NCBI GenBank assembly: GCA_965112155.1
Contig: OZ218101.1
Length of the DNA stretch: 64,000 nt
Strand: one strand, 5' to 3'
DNA from: Podarcis liolepis
Lineage: Eukaryota
The first letter of the stretch is position 1. Every line of letters begins with the position of its first letter. The translations under genes were made by a program, and so were the position numbers. Below, in pieces: positions 1-10,379 of this stretch. The notes beneath the pieces were generated by a model, which searched no databases, had not been told where the DNA came from, and saw only the letters and a list, made by a program, of their open reading frames with translations.

Positions 1-39
1 AGCAACCCAGGCAGATGCAAGCAGCAATCTCCCTAACAT
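1..39 (-). CDS. CLTRN: Probable first coding exon (partial, runs off the window) of collectrin/TMEM27: MLGRLLLASAWVA
   Basis: Minus-strand ATG at 39 opens a hydrophobic signal-peptide-like stretch. A near-consensus HNF1 site lies ~115 bp upstream. Position and orientation relative to ZRSR2-AP1S2 match known synteny. Only 13 codons are visible. Confidence 0.55.
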   Translation of the reverse strand, partial: MLGRLLLASAWVA

Positions 40-154
40 CCTTCCAGACTTGGAAACTTCAGGGAAAAACAAAAAAAGACTGTAATGCAGTCTTAAACTT
101 CCAATGACCCAGGATTAAAGCATCAGCAGAACTAGGAAATGATGAAGTAGAAAG

Positions 155-167
155 TTTAATAATTAAC
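155..167 (-). promoter_or_regulatory. HNF1A/B binding site GTTAATTATTAAA in the putative CLTRN proximal promoter
   Basis: 12/13 match to the GTTAATNATTAAC consensus; CLTRN is an established HNF1 target. Confidence 0.55.
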
Positions 168-331
168 CCCCTTTATCTTAGCAAAAACAGTTGGGGAAGC
201 ATCCGTTTTCATCCTTTTATCTCTTTAGGTGCACCTGAATAAAGCAGGTAAGAAGTAGTTTATTTTCTTTCTCATAACATTTCATATAATAAATATCCAA
301 CAACTGAACACTTTGTCCTCTCAGTCATAAA

Positions 332-333
<2 letters not shown>

Positions 334-377
<44 letters not shown>
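334..377. repeat. (CA)n microsatellite
   Basis: Direct reading. Confidence 0.95.
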
Positions 378-378
<1 letters not shown>

Positions 379-1214
379 ACCTTATTTGAATGCTGGGTTT
401 TTTAAACTGTTTTAGTGAATTTGTAGTATACTGCCACACACGATCATAAATTGTGAAGGAAGTTACCTGCCAAAAGAATATGTCATGTAGACAAATAGCC
501 TTGGATGGAAGCAAACGAAACAACTGGGAAGCAACACACTTGTCTAGAGAACTGTACTCTTCGACCTCTCATCTTGTCCCCAGCTAAATGGCCATACAAA
601 ACTTTCGCCCTGATTTTATGTTTGTTAGTTGTAAATATTTTTCAAAGGGTTTTGGATTGTTGTTGGCATTCTGCAGCATTCCACTGCGGTGACATAACAG
701 GACCTCCTGGAGACCACGGGATATGAGAGGGAGAGAAAAACAATCCGTTTTGCATTGTAAAACTTGACAATTCAGCAGTCTGTAGGAGCACAGGTGGTGA
801 ACCTGTGGCCTCAAGATGCTGTGAACTGAAATTCTTACCATCCCTGGTCACTAGTCACGCTGTCTGGGAGGGATTAATGGAAGCTGGAGTCCATCAACTT
901 TTGGAGAGCAACACGCTCTTTTTGCCTGCTGGATGTCATCTGCTGCTTCAGAAGAAGCAGAAAGTATGTCTGCTTTAGAATATTGATGATCTCAGTCCCA
1001 AGCTGTGCATTGCAGTAAAGGCTACCTGAACCTGAAATTTTTATGTGAGGACATATCAAGGGAAAAGATGCTGCCTGCCAGCTCCATTTGAACCTGTGGC
1101 TACTGTACTCAGTCAGATACACACCATCACCAACAGGACACACACAACCAGCTGGCTGGAGGGCCCTAAGACTTAATGACTTTCAGAGGCGTGACTTTCA
1201 AATACACCATGTGA

Positions 1215-1600
1215 CCGCAGTATCTCAAGGACCACCTCTCCCTACGCAAGCAGACTCAGACCTGTGATCGTCATCTGAGGTCCTTCTTTGTGTGCCTCCT
1301 CCACAAGAGGTCCAGAGGGTGTCAAGATGACAACAGGCCTTTTCTGCGGTGGCTCCCCTTTGTGGAATGCTCTCCCCAGGGAGACTCGCCTGTTGCCTTC
1401 GTTACCTATTTTAGGTGCCAGGCAAAAACATTATTCTTCTCTCAGGCATTTGGCAAATTAAACAATCTATGGCCGTGTAAACTGTGTGTGGAGGGTGTTA
1501 TTGCTTTGTTTGTTCTTATGTTATGTACATTGGTATTTTTATAAACTGTAAACTGCCGTGTGAACCTTGGAGAAAGGATGGTATACAAATTAAATTTAAA
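1215..1600 (+). mobile_element. Degenerate L2/CR1-group LINE 3' fragment
   Basis: Motifs AGGCCTTTTCTGCGGTGGCTCCCC..TGGAATGCTCTCCC resemble the other L2-like copies in the window; boundaries approximate. Confidence 0.55.
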
Positions 1601-1766
1601 AAAATACAAACAATAATTTATGTATTACTGGAAAGTGCTTGAAACTCATGTGTGTACTAGTTCTTTGGCTCTGTCTAGCTGGCTTAGCTGGGCCTAGCTG
1701 GGACTTCTAGCTGGCCTAGCTGGGACTTCTCTGTAATGCAAAATTGTGTGTGCCTAGCATCATCTT

Positions 1767-2198
1767 CCATTAGTGATGTATGGAAGTGAGAGCTGGACCA
1801 TAAAGAAGGCTGATCGCCGAAGAATTGATGCTGTTGAATTATGGTGCTGGAGGAGACTCTTGAGAGTCCCATGGACTGCAAGAAGATCAAACCTCTCCAT
1901 TCTGAAGGAAATCAGTCCTGAGTGCTCACTGGAAGGACAGATCCTGAAGCTGAGGCTCCAATACTTTGGCCATCTCATGAGAAGAGAAGACTCCCTGGAA
2001 AAGACCCTGATGTTGGGAAAGATTGAGGGCACAAGGAGAAGGGGACGATAGAGGATGAGATGGTTGGATACCATCGAAGCTACCAGCATGAGTTTGATCA
2101 AACTGCGGGAGGCAGTGGAGGACAGAAGTGCCTGGCGTGCTCTGGTCCATGCAGTCATGAAGCGTCGGACATGACTAAACGACTAAACAACAACAACA
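1767..2198 (+). mobile_element. 5'-truncated RTE/Bov-B LINE (3' end)
   Basis: ORF MYGSESWTIKKADRRRIDAVELWCWRRLLRVPWTARRSN..LEKTLMLGKIEG is typical of Bov-B; (CAA)n tail; ~11-bp TSD AGCATCATCTT/AGAATCATCTT (1756-1766, 2199-2209). Confidence 0.9.
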
Positions 2199-5100
2199 AG
2201 AATCATCTTGGGTGGCAATCACAGACTAATTAACATATACTTGGAATTCTACTCTTTGAAAGCTTGGAGCATTTATTGTTTATGCTAACGCTTGTAGCAT
2301 ATACACTAAAATAACCTCAGCTGAGGCTCAAGTTTACTTGCTTTTGTTTTGCATGGTGAAACTATCTCTGGAACAATATTGCTGGAATTTTTTTAACCAT
2401 TCTTGTCACTCTCCCTTTCCTCCTTCGTGTGCTGTGGGCATCCATCTGTCTTGAGAGTCAAACTGCTGTGTTTGCAGCACTGAAGTGACCTCCCCTGGGC
2501 ACAAGCCTGGACAGTGTGTATGGAGGTACTGGCCTGCCCAGACAACAAGACCCACCTCTCAACCTCAATGATGTGGTGTAAAGGAAATTAGAGCAATCCG
2601 TTTAGCACCAACTTGCCTGCAGGAGTTGCTGGAAGGAGGTCCATTCCAACCATCTTAGGGATCCATTCTGGATTTGTGTAGGGTTTACTCTTTAGCTTTT
2701 TCTTTTTCCGAAGATATCCCACAAGGTAGTGGAGGTTTAGGATCAGAGTTTTGCTTCTTCTAGATGGGCTACCTTCCCACACTGATGAGCCCCATCTGCC
2801 CCTCACTTCCTTCTATAATGCAGAAACCACTTTCTTGACCATTGGAGCCACTATTGGCCACATCCGCTCAATCTGCTAGAACCTGTCTTCCCATGCAGGG
2901 GAAGACCCTTACTCACTGAGGGTACCCTCACCTGGTTTAGGCAACCAGTCAAAGCCGTTCCTGGGGTGTGGCTGCTGCCCCATGCTGACAGCTTCTAGGA
3001 GCTACAGGTGAGAGCTGAGTGCAGGGTGGCAACCCAGTCAGATGGGTGGGATATAAATAAAATCATCATCATCACCATCATCATTATGGAATAGGACGTC
3101 CCTATTTTCATTGGAGAAATGTTGGAGGGTATGTAAATGTACTTTCCACAGTGCGGTATAATGAAGCAGTAGTTTAATGTTTTGGTTTTGGAACTGAAGC
3201 CTCACGTACGTGCTCATCACTCAGTGACTCCAACATCAAGAGAAGAATTGCATGTGTGATATAGCCTCTGCAGATCAAACACTGCAGACAACTCACATCT
3301 CTGTACTCTTCATTGGTGGCTACATTCACTTGTAAGTCATCCAGTAAACAAACACGGAGAGATGTACTTGGCCCCAGATCACAATTCAGCACAGGAGGTG
3401 TATAGATTTACTCATCACTTCCTTCTGTGCAGAAAAATCAGCTGGATGTGTGAAGGAGCATTAGAATGAGTGCCTCCTAACCATTTGCCCTAAGGTCACC
3501 AGACACTACTTATGTGAAATTAGGGGCTTCTGGAGATGATGCCAGACAAAATGGCAATTTAACAATGTTCTTAAAACACGCACACACACAACTTGATCAG
3601 TTTCACAGTATTAAGAAGGCTGGGGTACTCATCCAACACTGGTAAAAACAATGTCAATGGTTTTCCTAGATTTGTAGTTGTTGACTTCTCCCCCCCCTCC
3701 CATCACCAAAGTAAACATGTTGCGGCTAGCAGCTAATCTCAGGATTAGCTGAACTTTGGGTTTCCGGGCTTCACAGCTTATAACTGAAGAAAAGCTTTGT
3801 TCCGGAACTCCACTCTAAAAAAGTTGAGTTTTTTTTTAATCCATCTTTATACCCACCAGCTTCCATGATAAATTGTATAGGCGGGGCAATTTCCTTTTCA
3901 CTCACTCCTTACAGCTTCTTAACCAGGTAGTAAATGTTGTTGAATGCATCTGAGTCGCAGCTGATCTCTTAATAGATATAATGAGATTTGCTAGGAGATG
4001 AAACATTCTGTTTCATATTCTTATGCTTTAAAAACCAAAATAGCAACAAGTGTTGTGGTTACTCATGCGGCCTGTTTTGGATGTCAGTGCAGGACAGGCT
4101 ACAGCAAAGTAAATGAACACAGTTTATTTACACCTAGCAGGGGCTCATCCACACTGTGTTTGCAGCTGTTTGCGTAGTTCACATGACATTACCCTCAAAC
4201 AACAACAATCTTGATGCTTTCCCCAAGCAAAATCAGGTTTACCAGATATGGGGATAATCTGATACGGGAATAATCTGATTGGAGAAACTGCAGTCACAGA
4301 AAATTTGTTTCAGTAGTTTTGGGTGGGTGGATCAGTTGTCAGACATTCTGTTTCCATGCCTCCTACTTCCTCAATGCTTTCATTTCTTTCCTGGCTGTGC
4401 TTATAACTGTTTCCTGTGGCTCCTGAATTACATTTCCCCCCTCTGATCCCTCAGATTTGAACAACTGCACTAGCAAACCACATTAAGAATTCCGACACCA
4501 GATACTGCATTATACTGCTCAGCACAGCAAGTTAATCTGAAAAGTGTGCACTGAGAAAATACAATTGCTTTCATCTCCAGCTGTGCTGCTAACTATTCTT
4601 AGCACCCCCAAACGAAGCATTTCCCCCCTATTGATACCTCAGATGCGCACAAAACCAGAAACCTACACAAGCAAACTAATAGTGCACTTTTCTGGTTTTG
4701 TGCAAATCTGAGGGGCCACAGACCCGACCTCCTGGCAGAAGCATCTCTGACATATACTGGGATGGTGAGGGGGGAAGACAGCAAGAAGGCCAGGGCAATT
4801 CAGGCACACCAGCAGGAGTCAATCCGGTGCTGCTGCTGGGACACCCAAACTGAGCCGAAACAGCTGCTGCACCATTTATGCCAGAGATGGGGAACCTGTG
4901 GTCTGCCAAATATTGTCACACTTCAGTCCCCATCAGTCCCAGTGAGCATGGGCAATGGTTGGAGATGCTAGAAGCCAGCAACATTTTGGGGGGGGGCACA
5001 AGTTCTCCCTTGCTGGCTTATGCCAAGTTGGTTAGTTTTTTCTCTTCAAATGACCTCATGCCTCTTTATTCTCTTCATCTTTGTTTAGCTCTAAGGGACC

Positions 5101-5639
5101 AAAAAGGAGAAATAAGGACAATGTGGCAAAAACTCTTCTTTCTCTAGTTCCCTTTAAATGCCCAGGACAGTCAAAATTTTACTAGACATTCACAAAAGTT
5201 AATTAATAGCTATGCACAGACCTCCAACTGTGCCAAATTCTGGGGGAGTTAATCACTACTGTTTTGCACTAAAAATTAACTTCCCTTGGCCAACTATGTA
5301 AATATATTACTGTCCTGGAAGATTTTGGAAGACTTGTCTGGTAATTGCTTGACCCTTCCTAGTAAACTGAAAAGACAAGACAGTTGCAGCCAATTTCAAA
5401 TGTGAAAAGAGATATATGATCCTTAATAGTGATTCTATCTTGTCTCCCATGCTTTGAAACTGCTAGGCACAGACATGCAGGGTTATGAGGGGAAGCACTG
5501 CCAGTTTTCTTGCCATCTGAATCAGGAGAGGCAGTAGATGTACTGTGGGCAGTGACAGACTGAACAAGGGCCAATAAACTATGATGGAACCCTGATAAGC
5601 TGAAGGTACTAGGGACACATACTTCTCATGTCCAGGAAA

Positions 5640-6200
5640 CGGAAAGACAGCCAGATTTGGATCGTGTAGCACCCCTGCTGAAGGAGCAGCTACATAGCGT
5701 AGGGTTTCTCCTTGGTTCACTTTTGTTGGAGGTTCAGATTGTGGTAGCAAAGAGCATCTCTTCCCAGCTATGGCCCTTCAAAGAACAAGACAACCTGCTA
5801 TCAGCTACCTGGGTTCTGATGATTTCATTCAGATTATTGCAGTTTGCCTATGTGGCGCTGCACTCAAAAACAAACTGGAAACTACAACTACTGCAGAATG
5901 TGTCTGCCAAGTTATTAAGTAGGGCAGTGATATATGACCTGGTATCTCTGATCCTAAAAGTTCTGCATTGGCTGCCTCTGTACTACTGGGTTTCAAGGTG
6001 TTGGCAACTGTTTGTAGAGCCGTAAAAGACTCAAGGTCCAAATATCTGCAGGATTGCCTCCTCATTAAAATTGGGGGTGATGAGAGAGCCAGAGGACTCT
6101 GCTTCTGATCCCTGCCAGAATTCATGGTGAGAAGGTGCAGAAAGGCCTTCTCTGTGGTGGAAACACAGCTTTGGAATGATCTTACCCTAGATTTTTTATT
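5640..6200 (+). mobile_element. Degenerate L2-like LINE fragment
   Basis: Translation KLQLLQNVSAKLL..LHWLP resembles the L2 RT C-terminus; boundaries approximate. Confidence 0.65.
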
Positions 6201-6553
6201 TATATAGACATTTACTTTGACAATGAGATGTTTAATCTTTAGTAATAGGAGTTAGTGTTTTGATGATTGATGATTAGCAATCCTAACAAAGTCTACTCAG
6301 AAGTCATATTGAATTGAAGACAAATGGGGTTAGAATTATTATTTCATTTTAAGCTTGTGCATGTTTTTAATTCATTTTCACTGTATTTTGCCTTACTGCT
6401 TCTTGTATATGACCCTGAGATCCTTTGGATTCATAAATACCATAAATAAATTAATATTGCCAGTTGGAAATGGTTTAGAACAACCCTGTAACACAGTTCT
6501 TTCAGATTATATCTCTTTTGCATGTTGGGGGGTAGTTATTTATTCTTTATTTA

Positions 6554-6920
6554 AAGGTAAAGGTAAAGGTACCCCTGCCCGTACGGGCCAGTCGTGACCG
6601 ACTCTAGGGTTGTGCCCTCATCTCACTCTTGAGGCCGGGAGCCGGCGCCATCCGAAGACACTTCCGGGTCACGTGGCCAGCGTGACGAAGCTGCACTGGT
6701 GATCCAGCACCAGTGCCGCACACGGAAACGCCGTTTACGTCCCTCTATAAAGCGGTCCCTATTTATCTGCTTGCACTTAGGGGTGCTTTCGAACTGCTAG
6801 GTGGGCAGGAGCTGGGACTGAACGACGGGAGCTCACCCCGCCGCGGGAATTCGAACCGCCGACCATACGATCAGCAAGTCCTAGGCACTGAGGTTTTACC
6901 CACAGCGGCACCCGCGTCCC
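6554..6920 (-). mobile_element. Sauria SINE (full length)
   Basis: (ACCTTT)n tail on the minus strand; tRNA-derived head with B-box GGTTCGAATTC; perfect 13-bp TSD TATTCTTTATTTA (6541-6553, 6921-6933). Confidence 0.9.
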
Positions 6921-7397
6921 TATTCTTTATTTATTTCCATTTTAATTCTACCCTTCCTCCTATGAGCTCAAGGCAGTATGCTTGGTTCTCCCACCCACGC
7001 TGTGAAGTAGGTTTGGCTGAGACATAGTGATTTGTCCAAGATCATGCAGTGAGTTTCGTGGCACTGTGGGGATTTAAGGCTGAAAGAGTAGCATACAACA
7101 ACCTTGTAACGTTGCCCACTGTTTATATCCCCACAATGCAGGTTGGGAGGTCAGGCTGAGAAAATAGCATTCAACAACCCTGTTGTGTCGTCTACTGCTA
7201 CCATAGCCCTGTTGTAATTGGGGAGATAACCACTGACAAGAGAGTGTCTTTGAATAGGAGGCAACAACATAGCACAATCAACATTGCAGGTCAGAGGTAT
7301 GGTTGATATGGATTTTCAGCCAAAATCCCTGCATACAAAACAGCCCACAGGTTGCAGCAAAGGGTCATTTATTCAACTTCTCCACCCCCAATCTGAA

Positions 7398-7623
7398 CAT
7401 AGCTGTCAACTTTCAGATTTGAAAATAAGGGACCAGCAGCCTCACCTGTCCCGGGGACAGTCTACGGGATATCTGGGATATCTAACAATCCGGGATAGCA
7501 GTGGGAAGCAGCGGGAAACGGCGCTGGAATAAGGGAATTTCCCGCAAAAATGAATCTGAAATCCTGCATTTATCTGCATGCAAAAGGCTTCCATGCACAT
7601 GGACGGGCGACTTGAAAGGGCTG
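7398..7623. mobile_element. Older hAT-like MITE (CATAGCTGTCAAC.. end)
   Basis: Terminal motif and internal CGGGA repeats; right end degenerate and no clear TSD. Confidence 0.4.
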
Positions 7624-8160
7624 CATTCAGGGGCGCCGACTTATAAAAAATATTGGGGGGGCCCATACCGGGGTCCTGCCGCTGGTTCGCTCGGGTAGCC
7701 GGGAGAACGCAGTTCGAGGTGGCGGTGTTGGGGAGAGACCCTCGCTCAGGGCGCCACTAGACTTGGCGGCCGGCGGTCTATCTGGGGGGTTTTGGAGCGT
7801 ATTTCGGCGGAGCGATTGGGGAGGAGGGGGCTTGTTGCCGGATTCTTCAGCTGAGCCGGAGATCCGCTGCTGGGGGTCCCTGGGCCGAGTTGTGAGCACG
7901 GCCTGCTGAAGGGAGATCCAGCCGATTGCGCGACGGGGACGGCCGGGGCTCTCCGGCTAGGGCGCACGGCTGGCTGGCTGGCGAGGGAGCAGGTGGGGAG
8001 GAGGCGGGGGTCCTCACTCTCTTAGGAAACGCACCCGCGCGCCTGATTGCCACGAAGTCCGAAGGGTGTGTGTGTGGAATTAAAAAGCAAAAACGAGATA
8101 CGGGCAGGGCAGGCAAAGAGTTTTCTGCAAGAGGATGGAGGGCAGGTTGAAGAGAAAATC

Positions 8161-9180
8161 ACTCAGGATGAGACAGTCAAATCAGCCATGATAAAATGGG
8201 CTCAGGATATTGGGTATAACATCATGTTTGAGGACTGGGAAAGGTTATGGACCACCGGAATGAAATTCACGGCATGTAATGCCTTGAAGGAAAATATTAT
8301 GAAAATGATTTATAGGTGGTACATGACCCCAGTCAAGCTTGCAAAAATATATCACCTGTCTGATAATAAATGTTGGAAATGTAAGGAGGCTGAAGGGACA
8401 TTCTTTCACCTCTGGTGGACTTGTCCAAAAGTGAAGGCCTTCTGGGAAATGATCTATAATGAGTTAAAAAAGGTATTTAAGTATACCTTTCCCAAGAAAC
8501 CAGAGGCCTTCCTCTTGGGCATTGTTGGCCAGAAAGTGTTAAAGGATAGAACTTTCTTTATGTATGCAACTACAGCAGCAAGAATACTTATCGCAAAATA
8601 TTGGAAGACACAAGATTTGCCCACACTGGAAGAGTGGCAGACGCAATTGATGGACTACATGGAACTGGCTGAAATGACTGGCAGAATCCGAGATTTGGGA
8701 GAAGAAACAACGGAAGAGGACTGGAAAAAATTTAAGGACTATTTACAAAAACAATATAAGTTGTATGAATGTTAAAAATTTACACGATTCGGAAACTATA
8801 GCTTCAGCAATTAGATTTGGGAACCAGGAAATTATATTTTAAGTAAGAAAAGGTCAAAATCTAAGGTAATACAATGTTTAATTTAAGATATAAGTAACTG
8901 ATGAAAAGTATGTTAAATTTAGAGGTATAGTATTTGAAAAGTACAAAATAAGGTACGAAACAAGGTAATAATTTGCTGATATCTTTATTATAAAGAATGC
9001 AGGGTAAGGGAGATGCGAGGAAGTCCAGTTAGTTATATAAAAAATGTGTTGAATGGTTGGTTTTCTGTTCTTCTTTTTCTTTTCTTTTTCTTTTTCTTTT
9101 TCTTGTTCTTTTACTTTTTTCTTCAGTGTATGTTTCTAACTTTGTATTTGAAAACTTAATAAAATATTTATAAAAAAAAA
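8161..9180 (+). mobile_element. 5'-truncated L1-clade LINE (ORF2 C-terminus, 3' UTR, polyA), nested in the hAT element
   Basis: Open frame to stop 8775 with CWKC..GTFFHLWWTC zinc knuckle; AATAAA ~9158 then A-run; 12-bp TSD GAAGAGAAAATC (8149-8160, 9181-9192). Confidence 0.9.
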
Positions 9181-9699
9181 GAAGAGAAAATCCTTTCACT
9201 TTTCTGGGGCGCAGGGAAGTCTCAGAGCCGGAGGTTGGGGAAGGGACCCCCTTTGCTCTGGCCTCTTCTCCCGTCTTAGATTCGCATGGGGGTCCCCGCC
9301 CGAGCTTGCCTGGCCACCGGGCCACACAAGGGCCGCGCTCTACGCGGCGCACCTTGCTAGCCGCGCAGCTGTCCTCCGCGGCTGCGGAGCGGCCCTGCGC
9401 CGGTGCCCAGCCCCTCTGGGCGCCCGCTGCGCTGCCAATGACAAGCAGGCGACGTCGCGGGCGGGGAAGGCGTCGCTTTCTTTCCCGATCCTGCATCCTC
9501 CCAGTCTTCCAGCCCTTTTTTGGGTTGGAAGCTCGTCTCATTCGCCCTTCTCCTTTCTTCACCCTGCGCGCAATTTTCCTCCCTCGTCTCCCTCCCCATT
9601 TCTCCTTCCTTCCTTCCTTCCTTCCTGACTGACTAACGGGCTTGGGCTCGGGCTCAGGGTCGGGCTCGGGCAGCCACAGCGTCGGTGGTGTTGGGGATC

Positions 9700-9856
9700 G
9701 GCGGCGCGGGGGGATGGCCCTCCCGGGGGAGCCGGCGCTGCTCAATGGGGTTGCCAAGGAGACAAGCCGGCCGCCCCCTCCCCCGGCCCGGCGCCCCCCG
9801 CCGCGCCGGTGCCCGTTATCGAGCTGGTGCGCGCCGGGCGCCCTATAAAAGCCGCG
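9700..9856 (+). pseudogene. TAL1: Captured, frameshifted fragment of TAL1/SCL N-terminal coding exon
   Basis: Frame 1 reads RGGMALPGEPALLNGVAKETSRPP. After a frameshift in the C-run ~9775 it reads SPGPAPPAAPVPVIELVR..IK. This matches recalled human (LLNGVAKETSR..PVIEL) and chicken (RGGME..LLNG..SPGP..VPVIELVR..IKSR) TAL1. No bHLH domain is present. Confidence 0.8.
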
Positions 9857-9968
9857 GACGTGCCCACCGCCGCCCGAGATTATTGGGGGGGCTGAGCCCC
9901 CCCAAACGAATTTTTGAGGGGGCTCGGGCCCCCTCAGGCCCCATGGAGTCGGCGCCTATGGCTGCATT

Positions 9969-10054
9969 CATGGGTGTAGCCAGGATTTTTGTTAGGACGA
10001 CAGGACCTCATATGTTTATTGATTTTTATTGGGGGGGGGGCAGCTACACCCTTG
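9969..10054. mobile_element. 86-bp hAT MITE inserted at the same target site
   Basis: TIRs CATGGGTGTAGC / GCTACACCCTTG; flanked by GCTGCATT at 9961-9968 and 10055-10062. Confidence 0.8.
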
Positions 10055-10379
10055 GCTGCATTCAACTACTTAAGAGTACACCTTAAATTAGAGGACACGA
10101 CCTTGGGTTCATTATCTCAATAGAAGATACTCTGAGTAGGACTAAGAGCTCCTGCTTCTGTCTGTAGCCTTCAAGTTTTGGATTCCCCCACTGATTTCTA
10201 TAAAGACAATTCTAGTTTCACCCCGGGGAGAAGAGTGTAAAAAAGAAAAAGGCGTTTGCAAGCAAGAAACTTGATAGTCCACTTCCCTATGCCTTGCCTC
10301 TCTCTTAATTCAAACCCCGCTTTTGCACTGTGCACTGGAAGTGAGTACAGGAAGCCCGTTCCAACCCCAGAGCAGCAGG

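Larger units (their letters stand above)
7628..9960. mobile_element. Non-autonomous hAT element with captured genomic cargo (Pack-hAT)
   Basis: TIRs CAGGGGCGCCGACT / CATAGGCGCCGACT (rc of 9947-9960); perfect 8-bp TSD GCTGCATT (7620-7627, 9961-9968); no transposase; GC/CpG-rich interior. Confidence 0.8.

Noticed and set aside
2420-3060. Probable old interspersed repeat (LINE 5' region-like)
   Set aside because: Family could not be assigned confidently by eye
8047-8775. 242-aa ORF as a host gene
   Set aside because: It is the L1 ORF2 C-terminus with TSD and polyA; the upstream extension has no ATG
9029-9757. 242-aa minus-strand ORF and other ORFs across the GC-rich cargo
   Set aside because: Low-complexity, crosses the L1 tail boundary, and is antisense to the TAL1-like frame
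7628-9960. Initial reading as the native CpG-island promoter of a divergent gene (e.g. CA5B or CLTRN)
   Set aside because: TIRs, a perfect 8-bp TSD and TAL1-like coding remnants point to transposon cargo instead
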